Source of the DNA: an uncultured Rikenella sp.
GTDB taxonomy: Bacteria > Bacteroidota > Bacteroidia > Bacteroidales > VadinHA17
Direction: 5' to 3'
NCBI GenBank assembly: GCA_964535795.1
Contig: CAZHTG010000011.1
Coordinates: 2,227-66,226 of the forward strand
DNA length: 64,000 bases
Part shown: positions 18,015 through 27,279 of the stretch, piece after piece
How positions within the stretch are numbered: position 1 is the first letter of the stretch
Layout: every line of letters begins with the position of its first letter
The notes under the pieces: model-generated
Told to the model about the DNA's origin: nothing
The model's input: the letters and a program-made list of their open reading frames with translations, nothing else
The model's database searches: none
Position numbers and translations under genes: made by a program

Positions 18015-19001
18015 ATGAACTACAGAAAGCTTGGAAAGACCGGCTTTGAGGTCTCGGAGATATCCCTGGGCACATGGCAGGTGGGCGGCAAATGGGGTTC
18101 AAAATTCGATCATGACCTGGCGGAGTCAATAATCCGCAAGGCAATTGACAGTGGAGTGAACTTCATTGACACCGCGGATGTCTATTCTGACGGTGAGAGT
18201 GAAAGAGCAGTCGGGAAGGCCGTGCAACTCTCCGGCAAAGAGGTGCGTGTTGCCACCAAATGCGGCAGGCAGATAAACCCGCACGTTAATAAGGGATATA
18301 CACCTGCCGCCCTCAGAGGCTATGTCGAAGACTCTCTCACAAGGATCGGAACGGATTGCCTTGACCTGATACAGCTTCACTGCCCTCCTGCTGAGGTTTA
18401 TTACAGGCCCGAGATTTTCGGCGAGTTTGAAAAGATGAAGGAAGAGGGGAAGATACTCAACCTGGGAGTCAGCGTAGAGAAGGTTGAGGAGGCCATCAAG
18501 GCGCTTGAATTTGAAAACGTCACCACCATTCAGATCATATATAATATCTTCCGTCAGCGGCCCCATGAAAAGTTGTTCGGTATGGCCAGGGAAAAGAATG
18601 TGGGACTGATAATAAGGGTTCCGCTGGCCAGTGGCATGCTCTCCGGCAAGTTCACCTCCGAAACCCGGTTCGCACCCGGCGATCACCGTTTCTTTAACCG
18701 TAACGGGATGATGTTCGACAAGGGTGAGACCTTTGCCGGTGTGCCTTATGAGACCGGCCTGAAGGCAGTAACACGCCTGAAGGAGCTCTTCCCGGGAGGA
18801 ATACCCCTGGCACATGTGGCACTGAGATGGATCCTCATGCGCGGGGAGGTCAGCTGCATCATCCCGGGTGCCTCGTCACCCGACCAGGTCAGAACGAACC
18901 TTGAAGCAATGGCGCTGCCACCTCTTACCGAGGAGCAGCTCAGCGCGATCGGCAAAATATATGAAGAGGATATTAAACCGCTGGTACACCAACTCTGGTG
19001 A
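18015..19001 (+). CDS. Aldo/keto reductase family oxidoreductase.
   Basis: Motifs MNYRKLGKTGFEVSEISLGTW and GVNFIDTADVYSDGESE. Length 328 aa. Confidence 0.85.
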   Translation: MNYRKLGKTGFEVSEISLGTWQVGGKWGSKFDHDLAESIIRKAIDSGVNFIDTADVYSDGESERAVGKAVQLSGKEVRVATKCGRQINPHVNKGYTPAALRGYVEDSLTRIGTDCLDLIQLHCPPAEVYYRPEIFGEFEKMKEEGKILNLGVSVEKVEEAIKALEFENVTTIQIIYNIFRQRPHEKLFGMAREKNVGLIIRVPLASGMLSGKFTSETRFAPGDHRFFNRNGMMFDKGETFAGVPYETGLKAVTRLKELFPGGIPLAHVALRWILMRGEVSCIIPGASSPDQVRTNLEAMALPPLTEEQLSAIGKIYEEDIKPLVHQLW

Positions 19002-19097
19002 TGATGGCACAAAGTGATCAGAGGACTTTTTCCGCCATTCACCGGCCATATACCGCACTTGACCCTTCATCATTTGAAATCATGAAACCATAATTGA

Positions 19098-19105
19098 TAT
19101 ATTTG
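19098..19105 (+). promoter_or_regulatory. Candidate Bacteroidota -7 box (TAnnTTTG) upstream of crtI.
   Basis: tatatttg lies 69 nt upstream of ATG 19174. Confidence 0.35.
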
Positions 19106-19173
19106 TTCCAAAATTGCTCTTTGTGAGTGGGAGAAACGGGATTTATTAACACTTAAACTGCTTTTATTACCGG

Positions 19174-20682
19174 ATGGCTGACAATGGAACGGCGCTTATC
19201 ATCGGTGCCGGAATAGGGGGAATTGCCACGTCGATATTTCTGGCCCGGCGTGGTTTCAAGGTGGATGTATACGAGAAGAACATCTCTGCGGGTGGCCGGT
19301 GCGGCCATATAGTCCGCGACGGTCACCGTTTCGACGTTGGGGCAACTATAGTGCTGATGCCCGAGGTATACCGCGACGTCTTAAACTCTCTCGGGATGAC
19401 CCTTGAGAACGACCTCCGGATGAAGCCGATGGATGAGATATACACCCTCTGGTTTGACGACGGCACAAGCCTTGCCTTTACCACTGACAAAAAACGGATG
19501 GAAGAGCAGCTCGAGAAGATCGAACCCGGAAGCTACGCCAGGGCTGAGAAATATGTGAAGACCGGCTTCAGGCTCTATGTCATGGCCTTCGAAAAACTCC
19601 TCGGACGTAATTTCACCAGGTTCTTCCAGTTTTTCAACCTGAGCAACGCGATGCTGCTGATAAAGCTTAAGACCTACCTGAGGCACTACAACTATACCGC
19701 AAGGTTCTTCAAATCGGAGCACTTGCGGATGGCTTACACCTTTCAGAATATCTACGTGGGCCAGAGTCCCTTCAGTGCCCCGGCACTCTTTTCAATGATT
19801 CCCGCGGCAGAACTGACAGAAGGGTCAATGTTCCCTGTCGGCGGCATGTACAGCATCGCTGAAAAACTGATGGCAAAAGCAGTTGACCTTGGTGTCGGGT
19901 TCCATTTTGCGAAACCGGTAAGGAAGATCACGACCGAAGGAGGCAAGGCCACCGGTGTTCTTTTCGCTGACGGTACTGGGGCAGCGGCTGACATCATTGT
20001 TGCCAATGCCGACCTGCCTTATGTATACCGTGAGCTTTTGCCGCCCGGACGCAAATCGCGCCGCATTGAACGTATGAAATACTCCTGCTCAGCGCTGGTA
20101 CTGCACTGGGCGCTTGACAAACAGTATCCCCAACTCGGGCATCACAGTACATTCCTGGCAGACAGCTTCCGCGAGGGGCTGGATGAAATCTTCCGGGATA
20201 AGTCTATGGGTGACGACCCGTGCTTCTATATACACGCGCCGGTACGCACAGACCCTTCAGCAGCACCTGAGGGATGTGACACCCTGTCAGTGGCGGTGGG
20301 TGTAGGGCACCTTGACCCGAAACATCCGCAGGACTGGGAACTTTTGACTGAAAAGGCCAGAAGGGCTGTATTCCGTAAACTCAGAAAGATAGGCATTGAT
20401 GATATTGAAGAGCATATAAAATTCGAAATCGTCACTACCCCGGGCAGCTGGGAAGAGGCACTGAATGTCAGCAGGGGATCAGTCTTCGGAAGCATAGGGC
20501 ATAATATCCTCCAGATGGGATGGTTCAGGCCCCATAACAGGGACAGGCGTTACAGGAACCTCTATTTCACCGGGGGGAGCACACATCCCGGAAACGGTAT
20601 ACCAATGGTGCTTCTCTCGGCAAAACTGGTATCGGAAAGAATAATAAACGAACAGATAAGTGTTTCAGAGGGGAAGAGATGA
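19174..20682 (+). CDS. crtI: Phytoene desaturase-family FAD-dependent oxidoreductase (CrtI/CrtN type).
   Basis: N-terminal dinucleotide fold IIGAGIGGIATSIFLARRG...EKN..AGGR. C-terminal motif GGSTHPGNGIPMVLLSAK. The 4-nt ATGA overlap with the next gene indicates translational coupling. Confidence 0.8.
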   Translation: MADNGTALIIGAGIGGIATSIFLARRGFKVDVYEKNISAGGRCGHIVRDGHRFDVGATIVLMPEVYRDVLNSLGMTLENDLRMKPMDEIYTLWFDDGTSLAFTTDKKRMEEQLEKIEPGSYARAEKYVKTGFRLYVMAFEKLLGRNFTRFFQFFNLSNAMLLIKLKTYLRHYNYTARFFKSEHLRMAYTFQNIYVGQSPFSAPALFSMIPAAELTEGSMFPVGGMYSIAEKLMAKAVDLGVGFHFAKPVRKITTEGGKATGVLFADGTGAAADIIVANADLPYVYRELLPPGRKSRRIERMKYSCSALVLHWALDKQYPQLGHHSTFLADSFREGLDEIFRDKSMGDDPCFYIHAPVRTDPSAAPEGCDTLSVAVGVGHLDPKHPQDWELLTEKARRAVFRKLRKIGIDDIEEHIKFEIVTTPGSWEEALNVSRGSVFGSIGHNILQMGWFRPHNRDRRYRNLYFTGGSTHPGNGIPMVLLSAKLVSERIINEQISVSEGKR

Positions 20683-21602
20683 AAACAGCGGACAAATTCA
20701 TGGGAATTTTTGAGTCTATTGACTTTGAAAAGATAATTGACCATCCGAATATTCTTATTGCAGCCAGGTTCTGGGATAATGAAAGGTATTGTGCGGCCCG
20801 CACCTGCTACAGGTTCATGCGGGCCCTTGATGACCTCATTGATGATCACAAGGCAGCCAACAAGGGCATTGCCTTGGCCGACAGGGATAGATTCAAGGAA
20901 AATGTAAATGAGTGGATGGGCATGGTCCGGACAGGCATTGACACATCACCCTTCTGCAGCGACCTTAAGGATACTGTTGAGCGGTTCAGGATCCCGATTT
21001 GGTCCCTGGAGGCCTTTGCCGAATCGATGCTCTATGACGTTACCCACGACGGGTTCGCAACACTGGACGACTTCATAAGGTACTCCGGAGGGGCTTCAGT
21101 CTCACCGGCATCAATATTCGTACACCTGGCAGGACTGCAGGAGAGGGATGGCAGGTATTACGATCCGCCGTTCGACGTTCAGCGAACGTCTGAGCCATGT
21201 GCAATGTTCAGCTATTTCGTGCACATTATACGCGATTTCCGGAAAGACCAACTCAATAACCTGAGTTACTTTGCCGATGACATAATGGCAAAACATGGTC
21301 TCACCCGCAAGAGCATGCTTGAGATGGCACAGGGGGCTCCCCTGACCTCGGGATTCCGGGCAATGATGCGCGAGTACTGTGTCATCACAGATAAGTACCG
21401 CCTGAGCACGCTTAAAATTATGGAAGAGGTCTGCCCGAAGATGGAACCACGCTACCGGCTGAGCCTCGAGATCATCTTCGATCTGTACATGATGGTCTTC
21501 GAGCGCATTGATCCGGAACATGGCTCCTTCTCTGCTGCCGAACTGAACCCCACTCCTGCTGAAACGAGGGAACGTGTAAGGAAGGTCATTCTGAGGCAGT
21601 AG
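20679..21602 (+). CDS. crtB: Phytoene/squalene synthase-family prenyl transferase (CrtB/CrtM type).
   Basis: First Asp-rich motif ALDDLIDD. Second region HIIRDFRKD...YFADD. Length 307 aa. Confidence 0.75.
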   Translation: MKTADKFMGIFESIDFEKIIDHPNILIAARFWDNERYCAARTCYRFMRALDDLIDDHKAANKGIALADRDRFKENVNEWMGMVRTGIDTSPFCSDLKDTVERFRIPIWSLEAFAESMLYDVTHDGFATLDDFIRYSGGASVSPASIFVHLAGLQERDGRYYDPPFDVQRTSEPCAMFSYFVHIIRDFRKDQLNNLSYFADDIMAKHGLTRKSMLEMAQGAPLTSGFRAMMREYCVITDKYRLSTLKIMEEVCPKMEPRYRLSLEIIFDLYMMVFERIDPEHGSFSAAELNPTPAETRERVRKVILRQ

Positions 21603-21606
21603 ACCT

Positions 21607-21676
21607 CAGTCTTCAGTCTTCAGTTAATCAGTAATTTACTTGACTGTGGACTGCCGACTGTGGACTGCCGACTGAA
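21607..21676. repeat. Two heptamer-periodic arrays just after the crtB stop codon.
   Basis: First array at 21607-21634: cagtctt cagtctt cagttaa tcagtaa. Second array at 21642-21676: gactgtg gactgcc gactgtg gactgcc gactgaa. The first array is partly the reverse complement of the end of the second (cttcagtc vs gactgaag). Confidence 0.7.
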
Positions 21677-21729
21677 GCTTATTGCCATACCGGCATTAAT
21701 TATTATTTTGCAGGACAAAATCCTGCCCG

Positions 21730-23325
21730 GTGTTTAAAAAAATCCCGCATACATATGTCATAGTCTTCAGCATCGTAGTCCTGTGCGCGGTGCTGACATG
21801 GGTGATCCCCGGTGGAGCCTTTGACAGGGAGACCCTCAGCGTCAACGGCATCGACCGCAGCGTGGTGATCCCCGGTTCATTCCACTACACCGACAGGAAC
21901 CCCCAGACCTGGCAGGTTTTCTCGGCCCTCTTTGACGGCTTCGTCGACAAGGCAGACATAATCGTATTCATACTCATCATCGGAGGTGCTTTCTGGATCA
22001 TGAATGAAAGCAAAGCCATCGATGTGGCAATAGGATCGGTGCTTCGCTTTACAGGCAGGATGGGCAACAGGGGCCTGATTAAGAAGATAGGCGTAGATAA
22101 CCTTATCTTCCTGCTGATAATGACGATGTTCAGCTTCTTCGGGGCTGTCTTCGGGATGAGCGAGGAGACCATCGCCTTCACCATTATTTTCGTGCCCCTG
22201 GCTGTCTCCATGGGCTATGACTCGATAGTGGGCGTTTCACTCTGCTTTGTGGCTGCCGCCCTCGGTTTTGCCGGTGCCTTCCTCAATCCGTTCACCATAG
22301 GCATCGCACAGGGACTGTCAGATCTCCCTCTATTTTCTGGACTTGAGTACAGGCTTTTCATGTGGGTGATTATCAGTGCTGTGGGATTTGCGTATATACT
22401 CCGTTATGCCCGCCGGATAAAAAAGGATCCGGCCCGCTCACCCGTCAGGGAAGATGACGACTATTGGCGTAAACTGCACTCAACAACACAGTTGAAAATT
22501 GATTACCATACCCCGGCCTCGGCATGGGTGACCTGGATATTGCTCATAGCGGTCATGGCCATCTTTTCCGTTTTCAGACCGATGACGGCACTCTCTTTTG
22601 GAGAAGGGGAGCTGAATCTTCCGGCATTACCCATCCTTACGGGGCTGTTCGTGGTGACCGGATGGCTCTCCCTCAGAAAATCGGTTCACTTCTTTGTCAT
22701 AGTCCTGCTCCTCTTTACAATCTTGTTCCTTATCACGGGTGTGATGGGATACGGCTGGTACATCATGGAGATAGCCACCCTCTTTTTCGCTATGGGACTT
22801 GCAACAGGCATTGCCATGAGTTATGGTGCCAACAAGATCACAAAGCTCTTCCTTGACGGGGTTAAGGATATCCAGTCGGCAGCGCTGATAGTTGGGCTCG
22901 CAGGAGGCATAATCATCATCCTGCAAAACGGCAACATAATTGACACCCTTCTTTACAAGCTCTCAGAATCAATCTCGGGGACCGGCAGGATGGCCTCGGT
23001 GAGCATGATGTATGTTGTGCAGAACCTGATAAACCTGGTAATGCCTTCAGGGTCGGCCAAGGCAGCCCTGACCATGCCAATGATGTCACAGTTCTCCGAC
23101 CTGATCGGAATCTCGCGTCAGGCCACGGTTGTTGCCTTCCAGCTGGGTGACGGATTCACCAACATGATAACACCAACCTCCGGAGTGCTGCTTGGGGTGC
23201 TCAGTGTTGCGAGGATCCCCTATGAAAAGTGGTTCAGGTGGGTGCTGCCGTTCATCCTGATCTTGCTTGTACTGGGCTTCCTGCTGTTGATACCCACGGT
23301 ATTCATGGAGCTGAAAGGATTCTGA
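21730..23325 (+). CDS. YfcC-family (DcuC-like/C4-dicarboxylate anaerobic carrier fold) membrane transporter.
   Basis: GTG start. The N-terminus FKKIPHTYVIVFSIVVLCAVLTWVIPGG is typical of YfcC. The protein is polytopic and 531 aa long. Confidence 0.8.
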   Translation: MFKKIPHTYVIVFSIVVLCAVLTWVIPGGAFDRETLSVNGIDRSVVIPGSFHYTDRNPQTWQVFSALFDGFVDKADIIVFILIIGGAFWIMNESKAIDVAIGSVLRFTGRMGNRGLIKKIGVDNLIFLLIMTMFSFFGAVFGMSEETIAFTIIFVPLAVSMGYDSIVGVSLCFVAAALGFAGAFLNPFTIGIAQGLSDLPLFSGLEYRLFMWVIISAVGFAYILRYARRIKKDPARSPVREDDDYWRKLHSTTQLKIDYHTPASAWVTWILLIAVMAIFSVFRPMTALSFGEGELNLPALPILTGLFVVTGWLSLRKSVHFFVIVLLLFTILFLITGVMGYGWYIMEIATLFFAMGLATGIAMSYGANKITKLFLDGVKDIQSAALIVGLAGGIIIILQNGNIIDTLLYKLSESISGTGRMASVSMMYVVQNLINLVMPSGSAKAALTMPMMSQFSDLIGISRQATVVAFQLGDGFTNMITPTSGVLLGVLSVARIPYEKWFRWVLPFILILLVLGFLLLIPTVFMELKGF

Positions 23326-23328
23326 GGA

Positions 23329-23357
23329 GAATTAAGAATTAAGAGTTTAGGTAATAG
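23329..23357. repeat. Heptamer-periodic array filling the 33-nt convergent gap between yfcC-like and the HerA-like gene.
   Basis: gaattaa gaattaa gagttta ggtaata g. It is preceded by gaggag, as in the copy at 59621-59632 (gaggagattag). Confidence 0.65.
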
Positions 23358-23358
23358 T

Positions 23359-24906
23359 TCATTTCTTCATTGCTTTTGAAAGGATCCCCATCACACCGCG
23401 GATGAATGTGGCGGAGGTAAGCACCTTCACCACCGGATGCGTCGCTGTCCTTCGCCGAGATGTGGTTGTGCGGGTACCGCGTCCGGCAGTACCCCGTCCG
23501 TAATCCCTCTCCCTTGCCTTTCGCTCCTCAGCCTCGCTCCTCTTCATCTCGGCTGACTTGATCTTCCTCTCAAGCATCTCTGCGGCACTCTCCGGGTCAA
23601 CAACCCTTGAGTACCTGGTCACCAGCTGTGATGACCTGTTAATCTCGTAAATCTCCCCGTCGGTGAGGATATCCATCCTGCTCATCGGGGCTCGCACCAT
23701 CATGGCCGCCAGAGGCGTGGGAATACCCTTTTCATTCAGGGCTGTCACCAGCGCCTCTCCGGTTCCGAGTGAGGTAAGAGCGGTCTGTGTATCATACCAG
23801 GTTGATATGGGAAAGTTCTCCGCTGTGAGCTTGATATCCTTCCTGTCATTGGCAGTGAATGCCCTGAGGGCATGCTGCACCTTGAGACCCAGCTGCGCCA
23901 GAACTGACGAGGGCACATCCATCGGGTTCTGTGTGATGAAATATACTCCCACGCCCTTCGAGCGGATGAGCTTTACTATGGTTTCAATCTGCTCAAGAAG
24001 CGTCTTGCTCGCCTGGCTGAAGATGAGGTGTGCCTCATCTATGAAGATCACCAGCTCCGGTTTCGGCTGGTCACCCCTTTCAGGCATCGTGTTGTAGACC
24101 TCTGCAAGAAGTGAGAGCATGAAGGTTGAGAAGAGCTTGGGCTTATCCTGTATGTCAGTCAGGCGGATGATGTTTATATACCCGCTACCGTTACTGTCCC
24201 TGCGCATCAGGTCCATGACGTCAAACGACTCCTCGCCGAAGAAACGGTCTGCACCCTGCTGCTCAAGTTCTATAATCTTCCTCAGTATTACGCCGGTCGA
24301 TGCCGGTGACATTGCCCCGTACTCGCTTTCAAGCTCAGCCTTTCCCTCACCCTGCAGGTACTGTATCACCTTCCTGATGTCTTTCAGATCAATCAGTCCG
24401 AGTTGATTGTCATCGCAATACTTGAAGATGATCGACATGATCCCGGCCTGAGTATCGTTCAGGTCAAGGATGCGTGAGAAGAGCACAGGACCGAACTCCG
24501 ATACGGTTGCACGCAGCCTGACACCCTCCTGATCGGATATTGTAAGCAGCTCTACCGGAAAGCCCATGGTTGAATACGGAAGATTGATCTTTTCATGCCG
24601 GTCTTTAATGAACGCATTCTCCGTTCCCGGCCGGGCCACTCCGCTGAGATCCCCCTTGATGTCCATCACCAGTGACGGGATGCCTTTGAGCGAGAGTTGC
24701 TCGGAGATCACCTGCAGCGTCTTGGTCTTCCCCGTGCCGGTTGCCCCGGCAATAAGCCCGTGGCGGTTCAGTGTCTTCAGCGGTATCTTTATGTGTGCAT
24801 CCGCCACCGGCTCACTATCAAGAATCGCTCCCCCGAGTATTATGAAATCACCCTTGCAGGTATAACCCGCGCTTATGTGGCTGAAAAAATCATCTTTCCT
24901 GCTCAT
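23359..24906 (-). CDS. HerA-like helicase-domain ATPase (DUF853/YjgR family).
   Basis: Walker A GATGTGKTKT, Walker B LVIFIDEAHL, and a basic Arg/Thr-rich C-terminal tail. Length 515 aa. Confidence 0.8.
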   Translation of the reverse strand: MSRKDDFFSHISAGYTCKGDFIILGGAILDSEPVADAHIKIPLKTLNRHGLIAGATGTGKTKTLQVISEQLSLKGIPSLVMDIKGDLSGVARPGTENAFIKDRHEKINLPYSTMGFPVELLTISDQEGVRLRATVSEFGPVLFSRILDLNDTQAGIMSIIFKYCDDNQLGLIDLKDIRKVIQYLQGEGKAELESEYGAMSPASTGVILRKIIELEQQGADRFFGEESFDVMDLMRRDSNGSGYINIIRLTDIQDKPKLFSTFMLSLLAEVYNTMPERGDQPKPELVIFIDEAHLIFSQASKTLLEQIETIVKLIRSKGVGVYFITQNPMDVPSSVLAQLGLKVQHALRAFTANDRKDIKLTAENFPISTWYDTQTALTSLGTGEALVTALNEKGIPTPLAAMMVRAPMSRMDILTDGEIYEINRSSQLVTRYSRVVDPESAAEMLERKIKSAEMKRSEAEERKARERDYGRGTAGRGTRTTTSRRRTATHPVVKVLTSATFIRGVMGILSKAMKK

Positions 24907-24927
24907 ATACTATTTTTTTATATATAA

Positions 24928-24957
24928 AAGCCGTTGGGACAGATACCCCAACGGCTT
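24928..24957 (-). terminator. Hairpin downstream of the thioredoxin-like gene.
   Basis: 11-bp stem: aagccgttggg pairs with cccaacggctt. An A/T-rich tract follows on the minus strand. Confidence 0.45.
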
Positions 24958-24980
24958 CCTAAATTAGTCTATTTTTTTGA

Positions 24981-26087
24981 TTATTTCGAATCCAGCACCT
25001 CTTTTACCTTGGCGGCAAGTGCATCGCCACGAAGGTTGTGGCCGACGATCACTCCGTCACTGTCAAGCAGAAAGCTTGCCGGGATCGAATTGACCGCATA
25101 GAGTTTTGCGGGTGCGCAGTCCCAGTACTTGAGGTCAGAGACATGGGTCCACGTCAGCTGATCATCACTGATGGCCTTGACCCAGTCTTCCTTGCTGCGG
25201 TCAAGTGACACGCCGAAGACGTCGAATCCCTTTTTGTTATACTCCTTCCATATCTTAACAATGTTCGGGTTCTCCTGACGGCAAGGGGGGCACCATGCAG
25301 CCCAGAAATCGACCAGCAGAAGCTTCGTGCTGCCTCCCAGCTTTGAATAGAGTGACACGGGATTCCCATCAACGTCATTGAGAGTGAAATCGGGAGCCTT
25401 CTGTCCCACGGAAACAGACTTGAGCAGTACCACCCTTTCCTTCATATTGACTACAAGTTGAACCTTGTTGAGCGAAGTGTCGAGCTTGCCTATCAGGGCC
25501 TCCATCTCATCAGCCTCAAGCCCGTAAGAGAGTTCATTCAGAACTACCGGAGCCACAAAAGATGAGGGGTTGTTCATAATGAAATTCTTCTTGATCTCAC
25601 TCTGCATGGCGTCAAGCGCCTCGAGCTCCTTCTCAATCTCAGATGCCAGCGCATCATTACCTGCCATACGGGCCTCACGGTAACGGTCATATATCTCTGA
25701 CATCTCGCTGTTCGACTCGTCCAATGCGGCTTTATAGGTATCAAATTCGGCCTGTGTCTGTGAACCTGAAACAGATGCCAGATGAAGCGAATCAGCATGG
25801 CCGTGAATAGCTATTTCAGAGTTCTCCAGATAGAAGTTCAACCCGCCCCGCTTGCCTTTGATGGCAAGGTTCACCATCTGGGGATAATCAATGACACCGT
25901 TCATTTCAAATGCACCATTTTCAAGTGCAACGGAGTCAATCACTTCATAGCCTCCGGGTATACGTTTCTGCAGAAGCATCATGGCATCTTCAATGCCGTC
26001 AATGGTTCCTGCTATTCTGAATTTCGGCTCCCTGGCGCAGGATGCTGCTACGGCCAGAACTAAAAAAAGGATTAATGTTTTTTTCAT
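24981..26087 (-). CDS. TlpA/ResA-like thiol:disulfide oxidoreductase lipoprotein (thioredoxin fold with an N-terminal DUF4369-like domain).
   Basis: Lipoprotein signal AVAASC. CxxC active site WAAWCPPC. Confidence 0.8.
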   Translation of the reverse strand: MKKTLILFLVLAVAASCAREPKFRIAGTIDGIEDAMMLLQKRIPGGYEVIDSVALENGAFEMNGVIDYPQMVNLAIKGKRGGLNFYLENSEIAIHGHADSLHLASVSGSQTQAEFDTYKAALDESNSEMSEIYDRYREARMAGNDALASEIEKELEALDAMQSEIKKNFIMNNPSSFVAPVVLNELSYGLEADEMEALIGKLDTSLNKVQLVVNMKERVVLLKSVSVGQKAPDFTLNDVDGNPVSLYSKLGGSTKLLLVDFWAAWCPPCRQENPNIVKIWKEYNKKGFDVFGVSLDRSKEDWVKAISDDQLTWTHVSDLKYWDCAPAKLYAVNSIPASFLLDSDGVIVGHNLRGDALAAKVKEVLDSK

Positions 26088-26133
26088 CTGAGGAATTTAA
26101 TTTATAGGTAAAAAATTCAATTTTTCGAAGGTT

Positions 26134-26141
26134 CAAAGATA
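26134..26141 (-). promoter_or_regulatory. Candidate -7 box (TAtcTTTG on the minus strand) for the thioredoxin-like gene.
   Basis: Plus-strand caaagata lies 47 nt upstream of the start at 26087. Confidence 0.4.
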
Positions 26142-26152
26142 GGAATATTTGG

Positions 26153-27253
26153 TTACCGGCAGTTGCTGCTGAAATATTTGTCGAGCATGATTGACGCCGG
26201 TTTATAAGAGGTTGTCTCTCCTTCGCGAAGGCGTGTCTCGAGCTCCGGCAGCAGGGCCAGTACCTGTGGATGATTATAGAATGAATACTTCAATGTGTCA
26301 ATAATGGTTTCGTGCATTCGCGTGACGGCCTGTTCCCTCCTTCTCTCCCAGAACCATCCATTGCTCTTGGTGATACTCACATAATCGCGTATCGTCTCCC
26401 ACACATCAGTGATTCCTGTTTTCTCAAGTGAGGAACAGGTCATTACCCGCGGGCTCCATTTTGATGGTGAGGGTGGAAACAGATGCAGGGCATTCTTGTA
26501 TTGTACCCTGGCCATCTCCGCTTTCTTTACATTGCTTCCGTCAGCTTTTGTGATAACTATGGTGTCTGCCATCTCCATTATGCCTCGTTTTATCCCCTGC
26601 AGCTCATCACCGGCTCCGGCGAGCATCAGCACCAGGAAGAAATCGACCATGGAATGAGCAGCCGTTTCTGACTGCCCTACCCCTACCGTCTCCACGAGGA
26701 TGGTATCAAAGCCTGCCGCTTCGCAGAGGATTATTGATTCCCGGGTCTTGCGCGCTACCCCTCCCAGTGTACCGGCGGAGGGTGAGGGACGGATAAAGGC
26801 ATCGGAGTCAATACTCAATTGTTCCATCCGGGTCTTGTCGCCCATGATGCTGCCCCTGCTCTGCTGGCTGCTGGGGTCAATCGCCAGAACGGCAAGCCGC
26901 CGCCCGTAGTGACGTGTAAGCAAAGTGCCGAAGGTGTCAATGAAGGTGCTCTTGCCTGCGCCCGGCACCCCGGTGATGCCTACCCTGACAGACCTCGAAC
27001 TGGCGGGGAGACAACGCTCCACAACAGCCTGCGCAAGGTCATAATGCTCCGGAAGGGAGCTCTCAATAAGAGTAATTGCCTGGCTCAGGATCGTGCGGTC
27101 GCCCCTGAGTATCCCATCCACATAATCGTCAGCAGTCAGTTTCTTCCGTCTGTTCTTTTTCAGACGGTTGAGCATGTCGGGATTAATACTCGGAGGCGGT
27201 GCAACACCCTTCTGTACCGAAAGAGCCCCGGCCGGTGGTTTTTCCCTGGTCAT
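26153..27253 (-). CDS. meaB: Methylmalonyl-CoA mutase-associated G-protein chaperone (MeaB/ArgK family).
   Basis: P-loop GITGVPGAGKSTFID, then ILVETVGVGQSE and ITKADG motifs. Confidence 0.85.
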   Translation of the reverse strand: MTREKPPAGALSVQKGVAPPPSINPDMLNRLKKNRRKKLTADDYVDGILRGDRTILSQAITLIESSLPEHYDLAQAVVERCLPASSRSVRVGITGVPGAGKSTFIDTFGTLLTRHYGRRLAVLAIDPSSQQSRGSIMGDKTRMEQLSIDSDAFIRPSPSAGTLGGVARKTRESIILCEAAGFDTILVETVGVGQSETAAHSMVDFFLVLMLAGAGDELQGIKRGIMEMADTIVITKADGSNVKKAEMARVQYKNALHLFPPSPSKWSPRVMTCSSLEKTGITDVWETIRDYVSITKSNGWFWERRREQAVTRMHETIIDTLKYSFYNHPQVLALLPELETRLREGETTSYKPASIMLDKYFSSNCR

Positions 27254-27279
27254 TATATTCGTGCCCCCGGAGATGATCC

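Noticed and set aside
18126-18815. Long antisense ORFs from the track: 229 aa here, plus 30442-31014, 39239-39811, 48247-48792, 26819-27361, 33354-33896, 57007-57534, 5997-6530 and 1950-2459.
   Set aside because: Each lies opposite a gene with unmistakable family motifs. Their translations are Arg/Ser/Pro/Gly-rich with no recognisable motifs, signal peptide or promoter box. They look like frame shadows of moderately GC-rich coding DNA.
19174-21602. The desaturase-plus-synthase pair interpreted as the HpnCDE squalene route.
   Set aside because: That route needs two synthase-like genes (HpnC and HpnD) plus HpnE. Only one synthase-family gene is present, and no hopanoid cyclase is nearby.
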